64,000 nucleotides of DNA from Octopus sinensis (GCF_006345805.1 NC_043004.1:9796001-9860000), one strand, 5' to 3'. Shown: positions 13,403 to 28,589, counted from the stretch's first letter. Numbers and translations: made by a program. The notes: generated by a model from the letters alone, not told the origin.

Positions 13403-13901
13403 GACACACGGATAGACTGACAGACAGACAGCCGGCTAGTTATCTGATCTTTGTACCCGACATCCATTGTTCTAGTAATGAAGAAAGAAGCAGTAGTGAC
13501 TAAACCTCCGTCCATTGAATCAGCCCCATTTGCACTCGTCAAATTCTCAATGACTTACTGAACGATATCCGTAGGACATGAAGCAAACCAGTCACTTATT
13601 GTACGCCGTTATGTTTTGATGTCTGGCCCAACATCTTAATTGATGGTATGCACAAAACGAACTGACAGACCTTCAACAAAACATGTGGTCGTATAGAAAT
13701 GCAAACAGCATTAAGTAGCCGTAGAAAGTGCACATATAAAGACACACTCGGCGTGAGTGGCAGCAAATTGTCTCAGAACATATTTGCGGTTTCACTATTT
13801 ATCGTCTCCTACCCATTCACAAAAATGTGTCCTCGTTCATCTATAACCTTTAACATGGGTTTTATTACCATAACTGCTCGGCTATATAATACTATTGTTC
13901 T

Positions 13902-13943
<42 letters not shown>

Positions 13944-14399
13944 ATCTATCTATCTATCTATCTTTTTCTTTCTTTCATTTTCTTCCTTCTTTTCGTTTAA
14001 TTTCTTTCCTTCTTTCTTCTTAATTTTTTGCTTTCTTTCTCCTCTTTATTTTAATCATTCTTGGTCACTCTTAACTAGTATATACGCAATTCTTCCGTTT
14101 AAGCACAATTTTATACACATGCGCAAATGCGCGCATATACACGCACACAGACATACACGGATATACACGCACGTACACACAATCACACACATATACACAC
14201 GCACGCGCAGACACACACACACATACACACGCACACACACGTACACAAACACGCGTACACACACACACAAGTGCAAAGCACATACATGCTTTCTCGCAAA
14301 CATGCACACTTACATACACATATACAAATATACACACACGCATACATGTACACTTACATACAGTTAAAGATACACAAACGCGCGCGCGTGCGACCACGC

Positions 14400-14615
14400 A
14401 CACTCACATGTGCCTTCATACATACATACATACACACACATACACACACACACATACATACATGCATACATACATACATACATACATGCATACATACATA
14501 CATACATATATACATACATACATACATACACACATACGTACATACATACATACATACATACATACACACATACATACATACATACATACACACACACATA
14601 CACACACACATACAT

Positions 14616-14648
<33 letters not shown>

Positions 14649-14860
14649 TACATACATACAAACACACACACACACATACACACACACATACATACATACA
14701 TACATGCATACACACACATACACACACACATACATACATACATGCACACATACATACACACACACATACATACATACATACATACATAATACATACATAC
14801 ATACATACATACATACATACATACATACATACATACATACATACATACATACATGCATAC
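14400..14860. repeat. Compound (CATA)n/(CA)n microsatellite
   Basis: Direct inspection; source of the HTYI/MYVC pseudo-ORFs. Confidence 0.95.
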
Positions 14861-14985
14861 AATTGTAACACTACTGCAGCATCACTTTTGGTCCCCCATC
14901 CACTTCCGGCAATGTCTAACTTCTCCCATAATTCCTTCTCCTCAACAAAATTATGCTCACTTCCTTTATGTTCTTTCTTCTTCGC

Positions 14986-15019
<34 letters not shown>

Positions 15020-15869
15020 CAACACACACACACATACACTTGTCAAAACTTTCTCTCTCTCTCTCTCTCTCCATACCATTTTCTTTTACCTCCTCCCTGC
15101 TTTCTCTCGTTTTCACTCCTTCTGTTTTTCTCACTTTCCTCTCACTCTCTCGTTATTTCTCTCGTCCTCTCTCTCTCTCTCCATTTCTCTCAATGTGTAT
15201 ATATGTATAATTAAATGAGTGCGGCAGGGTGTTTTTGCGTGCACGCTCGTGTGTGTTTGTGTATATGTGTGCTTGTTTGTGCTTGTGTGCACGCATGTGT
15301 GAGTGCATCTCTCGGTCTTTATTAGTTTTTCTTCCTTACATGAAATCATTAACGTGCAATGGGCATTCACAACAGAGAACCACAGAAACAGTTGTAACAA
15401 TATTAAAGATCTGCTAACTTTATTCTTTCTCTTCATATGTATGCGTGTCCATACACGCACATATATAAACAAGCCATCGTAATGAAGAATGGTGAAGTAT
15501 ACATTTTCAGAAATTATATTTATTAAACTATTTTATTCATACTCCATTCCGAGAGTGTTGTTAATAAGGCACGTGTCAGATACCCGACTGTTCATCAAGT
15601 CATTGCAGGTATTGTTGTTGTTGTTGTTCTTGCAGTTGTTATCGATGGTGCTGCTGCTGGTAGTACAGTTGTTGCTGTTGCTAATGGTGTTGCTTGTTTC
15701 TTTAGGGGGGGGGGATTTCTAACCCTCTACGTCAATAAATCCCTTTTGTTCCTTGAAGTTGTTTTTTATACATTCTATGGACTGCTCGAAGCTTACTGAC
15801 TTCCTATACTTTGATCTATGGATCTTACCTTTACACGCGTGCGCGCACACGCACACATATATAAACAGA

Positions 15870-15870
15870 C

Positions 15871-15937
<67 letters not shown>

Positions 15938-15952
15938 GATAGACAGATAGAC

Positions 15953-16051
<99 letters not shown>

Positions 16052-16064
16052 TAGATAGATAGAC

Positions 16065-16117
<53 letters not shown>
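15870..16117. repeat. (GATA)n/(GACA)n microsatellite
   Basis: Direct inspection. Confidence 0.95.
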
Positions 16118-16441
16118 TTTTGTGTGTGTGTGTGTGTTTCGCCGATTTGACTTAGCAGTTTACAGAAAAGGGAAGCTTGAAATAGATAATGTTACTGTAC
16201 AATTTTCTCTTTGTATATTTAACCATATCTGTAAGATTCTTGAACGTTACTACGCCAGGTGATACCTGTGTGAACGATTTCTTTACTACAGTTTCGCTGC
16301 CACGTGTTTCTATTATCATTCCATTTCTCACCACTACTGCTACGGTCTGATCTTGTCACCCATCTGATTGCTTGATTAAATAATTAAATATGACTTTTCC
16401 AGTATGAGACTTAAATTCTTATATTATATATTTCAGTATAT

Positions 16442-16760
16442 GGAGGCGCAATGGCCCAGTGGTTAGAGCAGCGGACTGCTCTCGTTGTGAGTGTTTATTG
16501 AGCGAAAACACCTAAAGCTCCACGAGGCTCCGGCAGGGGATGGTGGTGATCCCTGCTGTACTCTTTCGCCACAACTTTCTCTCACTCTTACTTCCTGTTT
16601 CTGTTGTACCTGTATTTCAAAGGGCCGGCCTTGTCACTCTCTGTGTCACGCTGAATATCCCCGAGGGTACATGTGTCTGTGGAGTGCTCAGCCACTTACA
16701 CGTTAATTTCACGAGCAGGCTGTTCCGTTGATTCGGATCAACCGGAACCCTCGTCGGAGT
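16442..16760 (+). mobile_element. SINE family B with deleted B-box region
   Basis: ggcgcaatggcccagtggttagagc A-box head joined directly to the body. Confidence 0.7.
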
Positions 16761-16794
16761 GCTTCCATTATCCATTTCAGTATATGTATCGTGT

Positions 16795-17115
16795 GAAGGA
16801 GCATGGCTCAGTGTTTAGAGCGTCGAGCTTACGATCGTGAGGTTTTGAGTTCGATTCCCGGACCGGACTGCGTGTTGCGTCCTTGAGCAAGACACTTTAT
16901 TTCACGTTGCTCCAGTTCACTCAGCTGCAGAAATGAGTTGCAACGTCACAGGTGTCAAGCTGTATCGGCCTCTTTGCCTTTCCCTTGGATAACATCAGTT
17001 GTATGCTTGTGCGACTGCTGGCCTTTCACACACAACCTTGCCCGGTCTTGTGCCTCGGGGGGTAACTTTCTAGGTGCAATCCCATGGTCATTCGTGACCG
17101 AAGGGGGTCTCCTCA
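16795..17115 (+). mobile_element. tRNA-derived SINE (family B-related)
   Basis: A box tggctcagtg, B box gttcgattccc (about 16848-16858), then gtccttgagcaagacactttatt. Confidence 0.8.
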
Positions 17116-17204
17116 TATGTATCGAGATGGCTGGATGCATAGAACACACAACTGAATATCTTTCTATATATATATATGTGAATGTGTGTGCATATACTCT
17201 TTAC

Positions 17205-17444
17205 TCTTTTACTTGTTTCAGTCATTTGACTGTGGCCAGGCTGGAGCACCGCCTTTAGTCGAGCAAATCGACCCCAGGACTTATTCTTTGTAAGCCTAGT
17301 GCTTATTCTATCGGTCTCTTTCGCCGAACTGCTAAGTTACGGGGGACGTAAACACACCAGCATCGATTGTCAAGCGATGTTGGGGGGGGACACAAACACA
17401 CAACATATACATACACACACACATATATATATATATAATATATA

Positions 17445-17477
<33 letters not shown>

Positions 17478-17479
17478 AT

Positions 17480-17526
<47 letters not shown>

Positions 17527-17730
17527 ATAAATATTAGGGAACAAATCCAAATTTACAGGGAAAAAATCAGATTTAGGATTAAATCCAATTTTATAGTAAA
17601 TATATATTATATATATATATATATATATACATATATACGATGGGCTTCTTTCTGTTTCCGTCTACCAAATCCACTCACAAGGCTTTGGTCGGCCTGAGGC
17701 TATAGTAGAAGACACTTGCCCAAGGTGTCA
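17205..17730 (-). mobile_element. SINE family A interrupted by (TA)n and a PLE terminus (17537-17605)
   Basis: Reverse complement of 12870-13324; the inserted 70 bp matches 48963-49030. Confidence 0.75.
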
Positions 17731-17805
17731 CGTTTCCATTTTCTAGCAAAACTTCCGTGCTTCGTGTACTCTGTAATATAATTATACAGACACACACACA
17801 AATGC

Positions 17806-17856
<51 letters not shown>

Positions 17857-17875
17857 TAGATAGATAGATAGATAT

Positions 17876-17917
<42 letters not shown>

Positions 17918-17930
17918 GGATGGATGGATG

Positions 17931-18050
<120 letters not shown>

Positions 18051-19577
18051 CACACACACTCATAAGTCATAAATACTTATGTACACACACATACAGACAC
18101 GCATGCACACACATAACACATACAGATGCATGCCTGTACATAAACAGCTCCATGCAATTATATGTATGTGTACGTATAAACAAATGCATATATACAGGTA
18201 TGTTCATGTGCGAGTGTGTGTGTGTATGAGCGTGTGCGAGTGTGTATTTATATGAATATCAGTTTAAATTTTTATTGGTTTTTGTTTACGTTTTTTCTTG
18301 GTGATGTGTATATAGTTAGAAACGAATAAAGTGAACCAAAACACTCTCCGCTTAATGTTTACAGGGTTAAAGTGTTAACACAATATTCATATTAAAAGTT
18401 CACTGCATCCATCTCAAAATTTACAGATAATAAACGAGATCTGCCTCCATATTGAACCGTTCTTGTTGATGAACGAATTCTTTCTGAAGGCGCCACGTCA
18501 TTCACTTCACTTTTCAGTGTCACGCTTCATTTCAGCTTTCTGTATCGACAGACACCAACTCAACCGTAACAATAAATCTATATTGCATTTTATGCCTCTG
18601 AGGTGGTGTCTGCCAGTGTGTTTATGCACATACACAGACCGACATACACACACACACATTATTGCTGTTGCTGTTGCTGTTATTATTATTATTATTATTC
18701 AGTCGTCTTATTTTTATCACATGCAGTTGTATTTATTATCAGAAGCACAACTACAACGACGACCATCAACCACACAAGAATCTTCATCTTCTTGACTATA
18801 GTATTTCTCTTTTTAGCGTATGCTGCTTGTCAACTCGGAGAGAGAGAGAGAGAAAGAAAATCGAATTGATTTCAGTAACGATTAATGACTCTATAATCCG
18901 TGAAGTTTGCGATAATGCAATCAGTTATATCACCACCACTCTTAAATAATTAAAAATACTAAATATTGTAGAGGGAAGGTACTGTGTGTCATTAATGCCT
19001 TTCTCATAAGCGTTAACAGCATTTTGTAGAGAGGTGAATTAACTTCGGTTTCAAATAGAGTACGGAGGGCAAAATTATGGATTTATGGAGCGGCTGAGCT
19101 TCACGTTTTAAATATTTCATCCGACAAGAAAAGGCGGTGCCTAGATTTGCCATACCAGGCACTTCAAACTGGTAAAATTCGCTGAGGCTTGACACTGGAA
19201 GTTTCAAGGAATTATATTTCTGAAGTAAAAAACATTAGTAGAATGTTTGGGACGGGCTTCATTAAAGTAAGAAACGGTTCGTATAGTTTTTATATTTGAT
19301 TTTCGATGTGAACTGAGTAGAAACATATTGTCTTATATTGCAAGAGAGGCATTGTGACAATGATTAACACACGCACTGGTTTTATTTCACTTCTCTATAT
19401 CTATTAGCCAATTGGTTAAACATTTAACTAATTAACTAATAATTTGATTAATAGTTTGGTCAATCAATCAATCAATTAGATTTGTCAAAGTATTTTTCGT
19501 TACCATTCAAAGCATCATCAATGATATCATCATCATCTCTCTCTCTCTCTCTCTTTCTCTGTCTGTCTGTCTGTCTG

Positions 19578-19643
<66 letters not shown>

Positions 19644-20229
19644 GGTCTGCTTCATGTCCGTCAGTCTCGAATGTTGTTCGTATGGTGTGAGACGATAAAG
19701 CGCATACATTAGATGATGCCCACTTTTCGTTCAGATGAGATGAGATTTCATAGTAACAGTAGACGAGGAAGGTAAAGAATAGATTGAGCGTGTCAGCCGT
19801 TGTTACGGGTACATCGTGCCGTTAAGTGTCCTTTTAGGAGAATTATTGTTTAGAATAAATGTATAACCTTAGCACCGTTCAAGATATATTAGTGATATTT
19901 CAGCAACGTTCAGAATCAGTGACTTAACGATTGTTTCATGTTTTTGCTTAGAATGTTCTGGTTATGTTTAATAAGCCTAGTTGTTTCAATCCGCAGCATA
20001 CAGCCCTTGGTCTGTAGCATATCTTTCAATAAAAGTGTTACCATCTTGTCTTTTAAAAGTACGTAACATTGTACAATACGTCTTTTTTCACAGACGACAT
20101 ATGAACTAGGAGAGATGTTGCTGCTATTGCCAGTCAGTCTAGTGACAATACAAACGACCACGCCACTTTTGACAAGAGTACTGAATCGTTTACGTCAATC
20201 TGAAACTAGAATAATAAGCCATGCTGTAA

Positions 20230-20830
20230 ACTGGCAAGAAAGGTTAGCGCATCGAACAACATGTTTTAGCGTCTTTAAATTCTGAGTTCAAATACCACCG
20301 ATGTCGACTCTGCCTCTCATCTTTTTTTTTGCGGGGGGGGGGATGAAATAAGTACCAGTTGAGCATCGGAGGAGTCGATGAAATCGACTGGTCTCTTCCC
20401 CCAGAATTTCAGGCTTTGCATCTATAATAACAGGAAGAATTATGAAAAACACATCACAAAGGTGATGAGCAGGTAGAATCGTTAGCAGGGTGAAGAAAGT
20501 GCTTTGGAGAATTTCTGCCAGTTCTTTCGGGGTTGGTGTAATCAATTAGACCCTTCCCGAAAGATTTCAGACATTCTATATATAGTGGACGGAATTATAA
20601 AACGCATCAAAGGTGGTCAGATGGCGAAAGTGTTTGCGCGTCGAACAAGCTTCTTGGCATTTCTTTTGGCTTTATGTTCTGCGTTCACATACCTCCGAAC
20701 CCAACTTTACATTTCAACCTCTCGACACCAATAAAATAAAGTACCAGCCATACACTGAGGTCGATGTAATCGACAAACTCCCCCACCCCCATTACAATTG
20801 CTGACCTTGCGCCAAAATGTGAAAATATTA
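20230..20830 (+). mobile_element. Two decayed copies of SINE family C (20230-20450 and 20610-20830)
   Basis: ttctgagttcaaat...aaataagtaccagttgagc...gtcgatg-aatcgac motifs, shared with 41965-42182. Confidence 0.7.
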
Positions 20831-21154
20831 TTAAACTCATTCCCCTCCCCTCACAGCAGTATTAACAGCAATAGAATCGAATGGTTTGGATAATTTACTC
20901 CACTCAGACTACAAAAGCCGAGAGTTGTGTCTTCCCCCGAAGTACCGGGATAATTACTCGACGTTAAGTTTATAAAATAAAAGACAAATGTAATAGATTT
21001 CTGGTGGAGAGACCGTTTGCGGATTTCGCTACAGTTCTGATATTCTTTATTGTATTTCGTTATTGAATTTGTTTTATAAAGCTAAAACAATTGGTCGAAG
21101 ACAAAACATTAGAATAAGCATATATGTAACAAAACACGCACACACACGCTTATG

Positions 21155-21209
<55 letters not shown>

Positions 21210-21398
21210 CACATACACATATATTCATAAACACACAGACATACACATACATATATGTGTATGTTTGTTTATATATATATATATATATATAAACGTATAT
21301 ACAAATGTATGTATGTATACGTACATGCGTATAAAGACATTTATATTATATCCTTGACTCTGTTCTGAATGTTTCTATTTCTATGCATTTATTTCTAT

Positions 21399-21447
<49 letters not shown>

Positions 21448-21720
21448 TCTCTCTCTTTCTTTCCCTCTCTCTTTCTCTTTCTCTCTCTCTCTTTCTCTCT
21501 CTCCCTCACATAGGCACACATACACATATATATATATATATATATGCATATATGCAAATATGCCCATACGAGTACAAATATACATACAAACATATGTATA
21601 TATTCCTGTAAATATGTGTACAGAGACATGCACACATGAATATGCATATCTACTTGTATCTCTGTGGATCCGTGCTTACATATGTACTGTCAAGATATGC
21701 CTATATATAGCTGCATATAT

Positions 21721-21772
<52 letters not shown>

Positions 21773-22894
21773 GTATACTTAATACACTTACGTACACATA
21801 TATATACACATACGTAGACACATGCACACACACACACATATACATATATATGTATATATATATATATACATACATATATATATATATAATATATACGTAT
21901 ACTTAATACACTTACATACACATATATATACACATACGTACACACATGCACGCACACATGCACACACTCACATATACATATATATGTATGTATATTATAT
22001 GTATATATATATACATATACATACATATATATATATACATACATATATATATATATATATACATACATATATATAATATATATATATTATATATATATAT
22101 ATATATACATACATACACACACACACACACACCACACACACACCCCTTCATAGCTATACATTCATGCAAGCATAGCTTGGAATAATGCGTTTAGATCTGA
22201 TAGTCGATTAAACTTTCTAATTTGTCATCCGCTTTACTTAGTTAATGGTACAAAGAGAGTTGTATAAAAATAAGTGTTTTTTCCTCTTCGCATCTGCAAA
22301 GCCAACAGACCTCTGAAGAAAGAAATATTATTTAAAGTGAATTGACAAGATGAAAGGATGGCATTAAAGCAATTTGTGTCGTATTTTCAACTTGATAGAT
22401 TTTCTGATTAAATCTTAAGAGGGCTTTATATAAATACAGACACATACACACAAATGCAGATGTAGTCACACACACAGAGAAACGTATACAGACACACTCA
22501 CGCACACTCGTCAACAAACACGCAGGTACAAGCATGCACGCACGCATACACGCGCACACACGTATTAGATTTGGTGCTTAAAACATACAAGGGCTTTGTA
22601 TAAATAGACACATACATGCAAACACTGAAACGTATATACACACTTATGTATAATATAGATATATAAGCATACTCAAGTACATATACACGCCGCGTACACA
22701 AACACAAGTACGCACTGATTCACTTACAAAGACACACACGCATGCACATACCCACGCGCACACATTCACAAATCTATACACAAATATATACCTTGTTACA
22801 AATTGGTCAAACATTTACCTTTAAACACTTTTATACATACATCCATACAGAAAGAGAAATGCGGATATAAACATATACTGGTTTAAATAGTTAA

Positions 22895-22934
<40 letters not shown>

Positions 22935-23499
22935 ATATATATATATATATATATATATATGCTTAGCGAGAGGGGGAGGTGGGAGAAAAATGCGAGTGAG
23001 ATAACGTATACAGACATATATATCTATATGCACATATACACATACACAGACACACACTCATATAGTTACATAAAATATAGACGCGAACGAATATATATGC
23101 ATATATAGACACGAGATACACATATATATATTCCGATAAAGACATACAGACACGCTGCCAAGGAGAATCGTGCAGACACCAAAAAAGAAACGGACATAGA
23201 AAGACTACAAAGACGCAGACATGGCTGTGTGGTTAAGAAGACGTCTTCGCAGCCACGTGTTTTCCGGTTCATTCCCACTGCACAGCACATTGGACAGGTA
23301 TCTGCTGCTATACATCCTGTACCATAGACTTGTGCATGTCGCTCACACTGAGCTTTTCTTTTATCTTTTAATTTTTTACTTGTTTCAGCCATTAGACTGA
23401 GCCCATGCTAGAGTACCGCCTTGAGTAGATATCACATGCACCCACCAACGCACACATACACGTACATAGCCCAACATCATACACACACACACATATATA

Positions 23500-23790
23500 C
23501 GTCGGTTACGACGACGAGGGTTCCAGCTGATACGATCAACGGAACAGTCTGCTCGTGAAATGAGCGTGCAAGAGGCTGAGCACTCAACAGACACGTGTAC
23601 CCTTAACGTAGTTCTCAAAGAGATTCAGCGTGACACAGAGTGTGACAAGGTTGGCCCTTTGAAATACAGGTGCTACTCATTTTGCCAGCTGAGTAGACTG
23701 CAGAAAAGTGAAATAGGGCGTCTTGCTCAAGGACACAACGCGTCGCCGGGAATTGAACTCACGACATTGCGATCATGAGCCGAATGCTAC
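23500..23790 (-). mobile_element. SINE family B
   Basis: High similarity to 8684-8960. Confidence 0.75.
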
Positions 23791-23795
23791 GCGCC

Positions 23796-23849
<54 letters not shown>

Positions 23850-23850
<1 letters not shown>

Positions 23851-25350
23851 AGAGTTTACGAAAAAAAACAACAAAAGACGAAGACAGGTGGTGTACAAAA
23901 CAAACAGATGTATTAGTATAACGCTCAGGAATAGAAAAAGTATTTTACGTTTCGAGCCTACGCTCTTCTACAGAAAGGGACACAGAAAAACAAGGAGAGA
24001 AAAAAATGTGTGTAGTGGCCAACGATCTATCATGGCGACTAGTGCCGGACAGAAGGGTTGCGCGCGAGAAGGAAAGTAGGGGAGATAACAAGGTAAAGAT
24101 GACCCCAACAGGTGCGTGTGTGTATAAGAGAGTATGAATGTGCGTGTGAAAGAGGGCTGGTGGTCTGGACGTGTGCGTGTATGTATGTGTGGGTGTGGAG
24201 ATATGGGGATGGGTGTGTGGGTGGTGTGTTGTGTTGTGATGTGTAATGTTGTATGGTGTAGTGTGGTGTGGTGTAATGTTGTTGGGAGGTGGGGGAAGCA
24301 CGGGTGGGGTCAGTGGGTTCGGCTGAGGGTTGGGGTAGAGTTGGGGTTTGTGGGTAGGCAGAGGGTGTGGGTAGAGGTGGGGTATGTGAGGAGGGGTGTG
24401 GGATAGGATGAGGGGATGGGAAGGATAGGGAAGGTGGAGTATGGATGTGTAGGGGTGGGTGGGCTTATGGGGGAGGGGAAGAAAGGTATGTGAGGAGAGA
24501 GAGGAGAGAAGAGAGAAAGGGAGTAAGAGAGAAGAGAGAAAGAGAGGATGAAAGAGTAGGGGAGAAGAGAGAAAGAGAATAAGAGAGGAGAGAGAATGAG
24601 GGAAGAGAGAAAGAGAGTAAGAGAGAAGAGGGAAAGAGAGTAGGGGTGAAGAGGTGAAGAGAAGTAGCAGTGAACAGAAGTAGGAGTCGGGGCAAGAGAG
24701 GAGAGTTGGGTTGAAAGAAGGAGGAGGGAGGAGAGAGAGGAGAGAAGGAGATTGAGAGAGCAGAGAGAAAGAGAGAAGAGAGAAAGAGAGTAAGGGAGAA
24801 GAGGGAAAGAGAGTAGGGGTGAAAAGATGTAGGAGTGAAGAGAAGTAGGAGTCGGGGAGGAGGTTAGATGAAGAGGGGAGGAGAGTTGAGCCCAAATGGC
24901 GTAAAAGAGCGAAGAGAGAAGATTAATCCCTGTTCACGGCGCAAACGGGAGTCCGGATGGCCTCTGTGCAAGGACAATCCGAACACAGACAGGTGTTGCA
25001 AGGAGTGACCGGTGGAGCGAAAATGGCGTGAGACCGGGCTGTCATTGCCGAGGCGGATGTCGCGGAGGTGTTCCACGAACCGGTCAGCCAAGCGGCGTCC
25101 CGTTTGTCCGATGTACAGGGAATGGCAGAGAGAGCAGGAGATACAATAGATGATATTGCTGGAGGTGCAGGTGAAGGAGTCGATGATGCGATAGGATCGA
25201 TGATGCGATAGGATCGATGATGGGTGCCGATGAGGAGGGTGGTGTTGGAGAGGTAGGGGTGGGGTGGTAGGTGAGGGGAAAAGGGAGGCAGGAGATTGTA
25301 GGGCGGGTTCGGGGGGGAGAGAGCAGATGCACAGTCCACGGAACGTGCTC
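23850..25350 (-). mobile_element. 5'-truncated Penelope-like element: GIY-YIG endonuclease, pyrimidine-rich 3' region, pLTR with HHR
   Basis: ORF 24864-25364 has FTCTSSNIIYCISCSLCHSLYIGQTGRRLADRFVEHLRDI...FGLN. Both ends abut (TA)n. A 17-bp tandem duplication at about 25180-25215 disrupts the upstream frame. Confidence 0.85.
23943..23976 (-). ncRNA. Minimal hammerhead variant (core CTGTAGA)
   Basis: TTT-CTGTAGA-A-GAGC(gtag)GCTC-GAAA-CG-TA-AAA; A6 replaced by U and only a 3-bp stem I. Confidence 0.45.
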
Positions 25351-25366
25351 TGATATACATACATAC

Positions 25367-25410
<44 letters not shown>

Positions 25411-25412
<2 letters not shown>

Positions 25413-26001
25413 GCAGCATAGCCCGGCGTTGCCCGGGTATGGAAGGCGTCCCCTAGACAGTCTGTGGTTTGTGTTTAATACACAAATCGGTTTGCTATGT
25501 GTGTCACATATGATTTAATTAACCGATTTTTTCCTTGGAGCAGACATGATGCTCGCTGTGAATTAAAAAAAAAATTCCTGCCAATTTGTGAAAGATATTG
25601 TCGAAAATGTGTCATCTTGAATTTGAACGTGATTTCCCAAAATGGCATGATTTTATCGATTTTTTCTCATGGTAAGGTATTGCATGGAAAACTAATGTCA
25701 GAATTAAGTTTCTTAGGGTAACATTAAGCTTCACCATGAGTTTGGTGAAAATCAATTGCAAGTTGCGAAAACTACAACAGAAAATGTGTTGCATATAAAA
25801 AGCTTAGATTCTCGACCCCATGTCGAATTTATCGATTTTTTTCAGAACTTGGGGAACTTTTCAAAACTTTCGCTGCGTTAGTTTTGGATTATGACATTGG
25901 GCTATGTGTGTGTCAAGTTTCATCAGAATCGGTTGAAAGCTGTGGTCAGCGTGAGGGTACAACCTGACAGACACACAGACAGACAAACTGCCGTTTATAA
26001 T
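25411..26001 (-). mobile_element. Non-autonomous Helitron-like element (Lep1/DINE-like organisation)
   Basis: Terminal TAGCAGC next to a GC hairpin cccggcgttgcccggg (25422-25437). The other end has aagtttcatcagaatcggttgaaagc...(CAGA)n...tttataatat. The terminal CTAG is imperfect (CTAT). Confidence 0.6.
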
Positions 26002-26003
26002 AT

Positions 26004-26070
<67 letters not shown>

Positions 26071-26248
26071 TATATGCATCTGTTGAAGAAAGGAATTAAT
26101 GCATAAAAGAGAATGAAACATCTATTTTGAATAGTAGAAGTGACAGCAAATTCGAATTTCATGGTTGCTAAATTTTGGGTTAAATCAAATTAAAGCAAAA
26201 TTATTCAGGATTTGAGCAAGCATAGATAGATAGACAGATAGATATATT

Positions 26249-26292
<44 letters not shown>

Positions 26293-27757
26293 TGCATGCA
26301 TGCAAGCATACATACATACATATATACATATATACGTTCTGGCCAAGCTTGGATTTTCAGAAAAGGAAATCAACTAACTGACCAGCACAATCCGTAAATG
26401 GGAGAGTTAATATTTATAGTGGAATGAATGGACCCCAGTACCCATTACATTTTTTAAAGCCTGTTACGTTTTCTATAGTTACCTTTTGCCGAACTGCTTG
26501 TTGGTGGGGATACAAATACACAAATACCAGTTGTCTAGCGGTAGTGAGGCACAAACTCACATACACACACACACACACTTTCATACTTATATCATTGAAA
26601 GTCAGAGGTAGCAGTCGTCGTCTCAGAAAAGATCCCTTTTTGACGCAGTTTAATAAACATAAATAAATAAATAATATATTTCAGAATCGGACGAAAGGCC
26701 ATCGTCCCGGAATCCATCGTGAAAGCGACAAAAGTACATATTGCTATTGCAGCGGGTTGTCAGTGCTATGCAGTGGATCATTTCCCAGACAAAGTTGTCT
26801 CGGCCACTCTGAGGCATATAATATATAGTAAACAGCTCAATCACTGGTTTAGCAAAAAGTCTACCAGGCTGGGAAATTTTCAAATTATGCAAGAGAAATA
26901 GGCTTAGGTTAAAATCTTTCTATGACATGCGCACTGGCTTTTCTAATGATATACATATTCTTTATTTCTTTTGCTTGTTTCAATCATGTGACTATGATTC
27001 GTAACTTTCCTGCAGACCCTGTACACCAGCGACAAACATCAGAGGAGCTGAGACTAACTCGATCAAAATATTATTGATCTCTACTACGGTATCGAGAACT
27101 CTTTTTTCCCGACAGTCAACACTGAACTGAAAAACAAACCATCGCACGTTACAAATACAATCTAGAAGCGCAACAGTAAAATTATTCAAGACTTTTCTCA
27201 TATTTAAAATGTGACATTGCTTTTGTTATATGCGCACGCACGCAGCACATATTTATACATACATTCATGTGCGTGCGCACACCTCAATAAATTTCGATAT
27301 CTTTTATCCGAACAGAATGGATGAAGAGTATTTTGACATCGCATAACTGATCGTAAACGAAAAAGCCTTTCTTAAACATAATTACAGAAACTATAAAATT
27401 CAGTCAATAAAATTACATACAGATCTACGTGAGTCCAAATGTGATAGATTATTTCTTTTCGATTCTCAACTGAGTTCCTTTTATTATCTCAAACATAGTT
27501 TAACAAGGATCTCGATTATTTCCAATAGATCCTCCTTACTCGGTACAAAGTATTTGAGTGAATGAAGACACCAAAAATGTTATCCTGCTTTTCATTCCTT
27601 CAGTATGTCGGACTTTTGTCTTTTATTGTTTACTTGTTTCAGCAATTGAACTGTGGCCATGCTGGGGCACCGCCCCGAAGTGTTTAGTCGAACACTAGAT
27701 AAAATGAAAATGAAAAAAAAATGATATATACATACACACATACATACATACATACAT

Positions 27758-27792
<35 letters not shown>

Positions 27793-27806
27793 TATTATAT
27801 ATATAT

Positions 27807-27894
<88 letters not shown>

Positions 27895-27924
27895 ATATAT
27901 ATATATATGGGACAAGAACACAAA

Positions 27925-28490
27925 GCATCCGGACAGTTAAGTGATACAAAAATTGGACAACAAAACATCCAGACGATACATAGAAACAATTTTCTTCCCT
28001 CGGTCGAGTACCAGATTATCTTCGCAATTTCGGCTGATTATACTCGAGATTGCTCCAATCTGGTCAGCCCCAAGGAAAAACTAGGCTAAGAGCATTAAAT
28101 TCCTTGGAAGAAAGCAGCGAATGTATACAAAAACAAGGACGGAAAAGAACGGATAATGTTACACAAATACAATAAAAATGATAACCGGACATAACAACAG
28201 GTGTCTTTCGAGTAAGAACGAATTAAATTAAGCTGGTGCGTGTGGAAATGAAGCCTTATTGCAGGGATACAAGATTTCACAAGCAAAGGGAGGAATATCA
28301 ATGTTGCAAGGAAAACAGCCAGACCAAAAAAGAAAGATCAGGCTTGGCCGAACGCTGGTCACGTGGGAAGAGAAGAGAAAGAGATAGAGGCAGAAAGACA
28401 GAAGAATTAAGGAGGGGTGAGAATAATGACAGGGACCCAGTGAAGTGAAAAGTGGAGGGAAAGTGAGCAAGAAGAGAAGGTAAAGAAATG
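27925..28490 (-). mobile_element. PLE-like non-coding element end abutting (TA)n; related to 30311-31052
   Basis: Shares caatttcggctg...ttgctccaa-tc-g-cagccccaag-aaaaacta-gct with 30420-30500. Confidence 0.5.
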
Positions 28491-28589
28491 TGAGAGAGGG
28501 GGACGAAAGAACATACATATGATTATATGTTTGTATGTATGTATGTATGTATGTATGTATGTATGTATGTATGTATGTATGTTTGTATG

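Noticed and set aside
13699-15218. Long ORFs of HTYI/MYVC repeats (also 29280-30004, 36606-37219, 55639-58378)
   Set aside because: (CA)n, (CATA)n and (TA)n tracts lack stop codons; there is no domain content.
16795-16870. tRNA gene-like A and B boxes (also other SINE heads)
   Set aside because: No complete cloverleaf; each continues into a SINE body.
21740-21960. Short spaced direct repeats (CRISPR-like?)
   Set aside because: A local tandem duplication of TA/CA-rich sequence with no unique spacers, in a eukaryotic context without cas genes.
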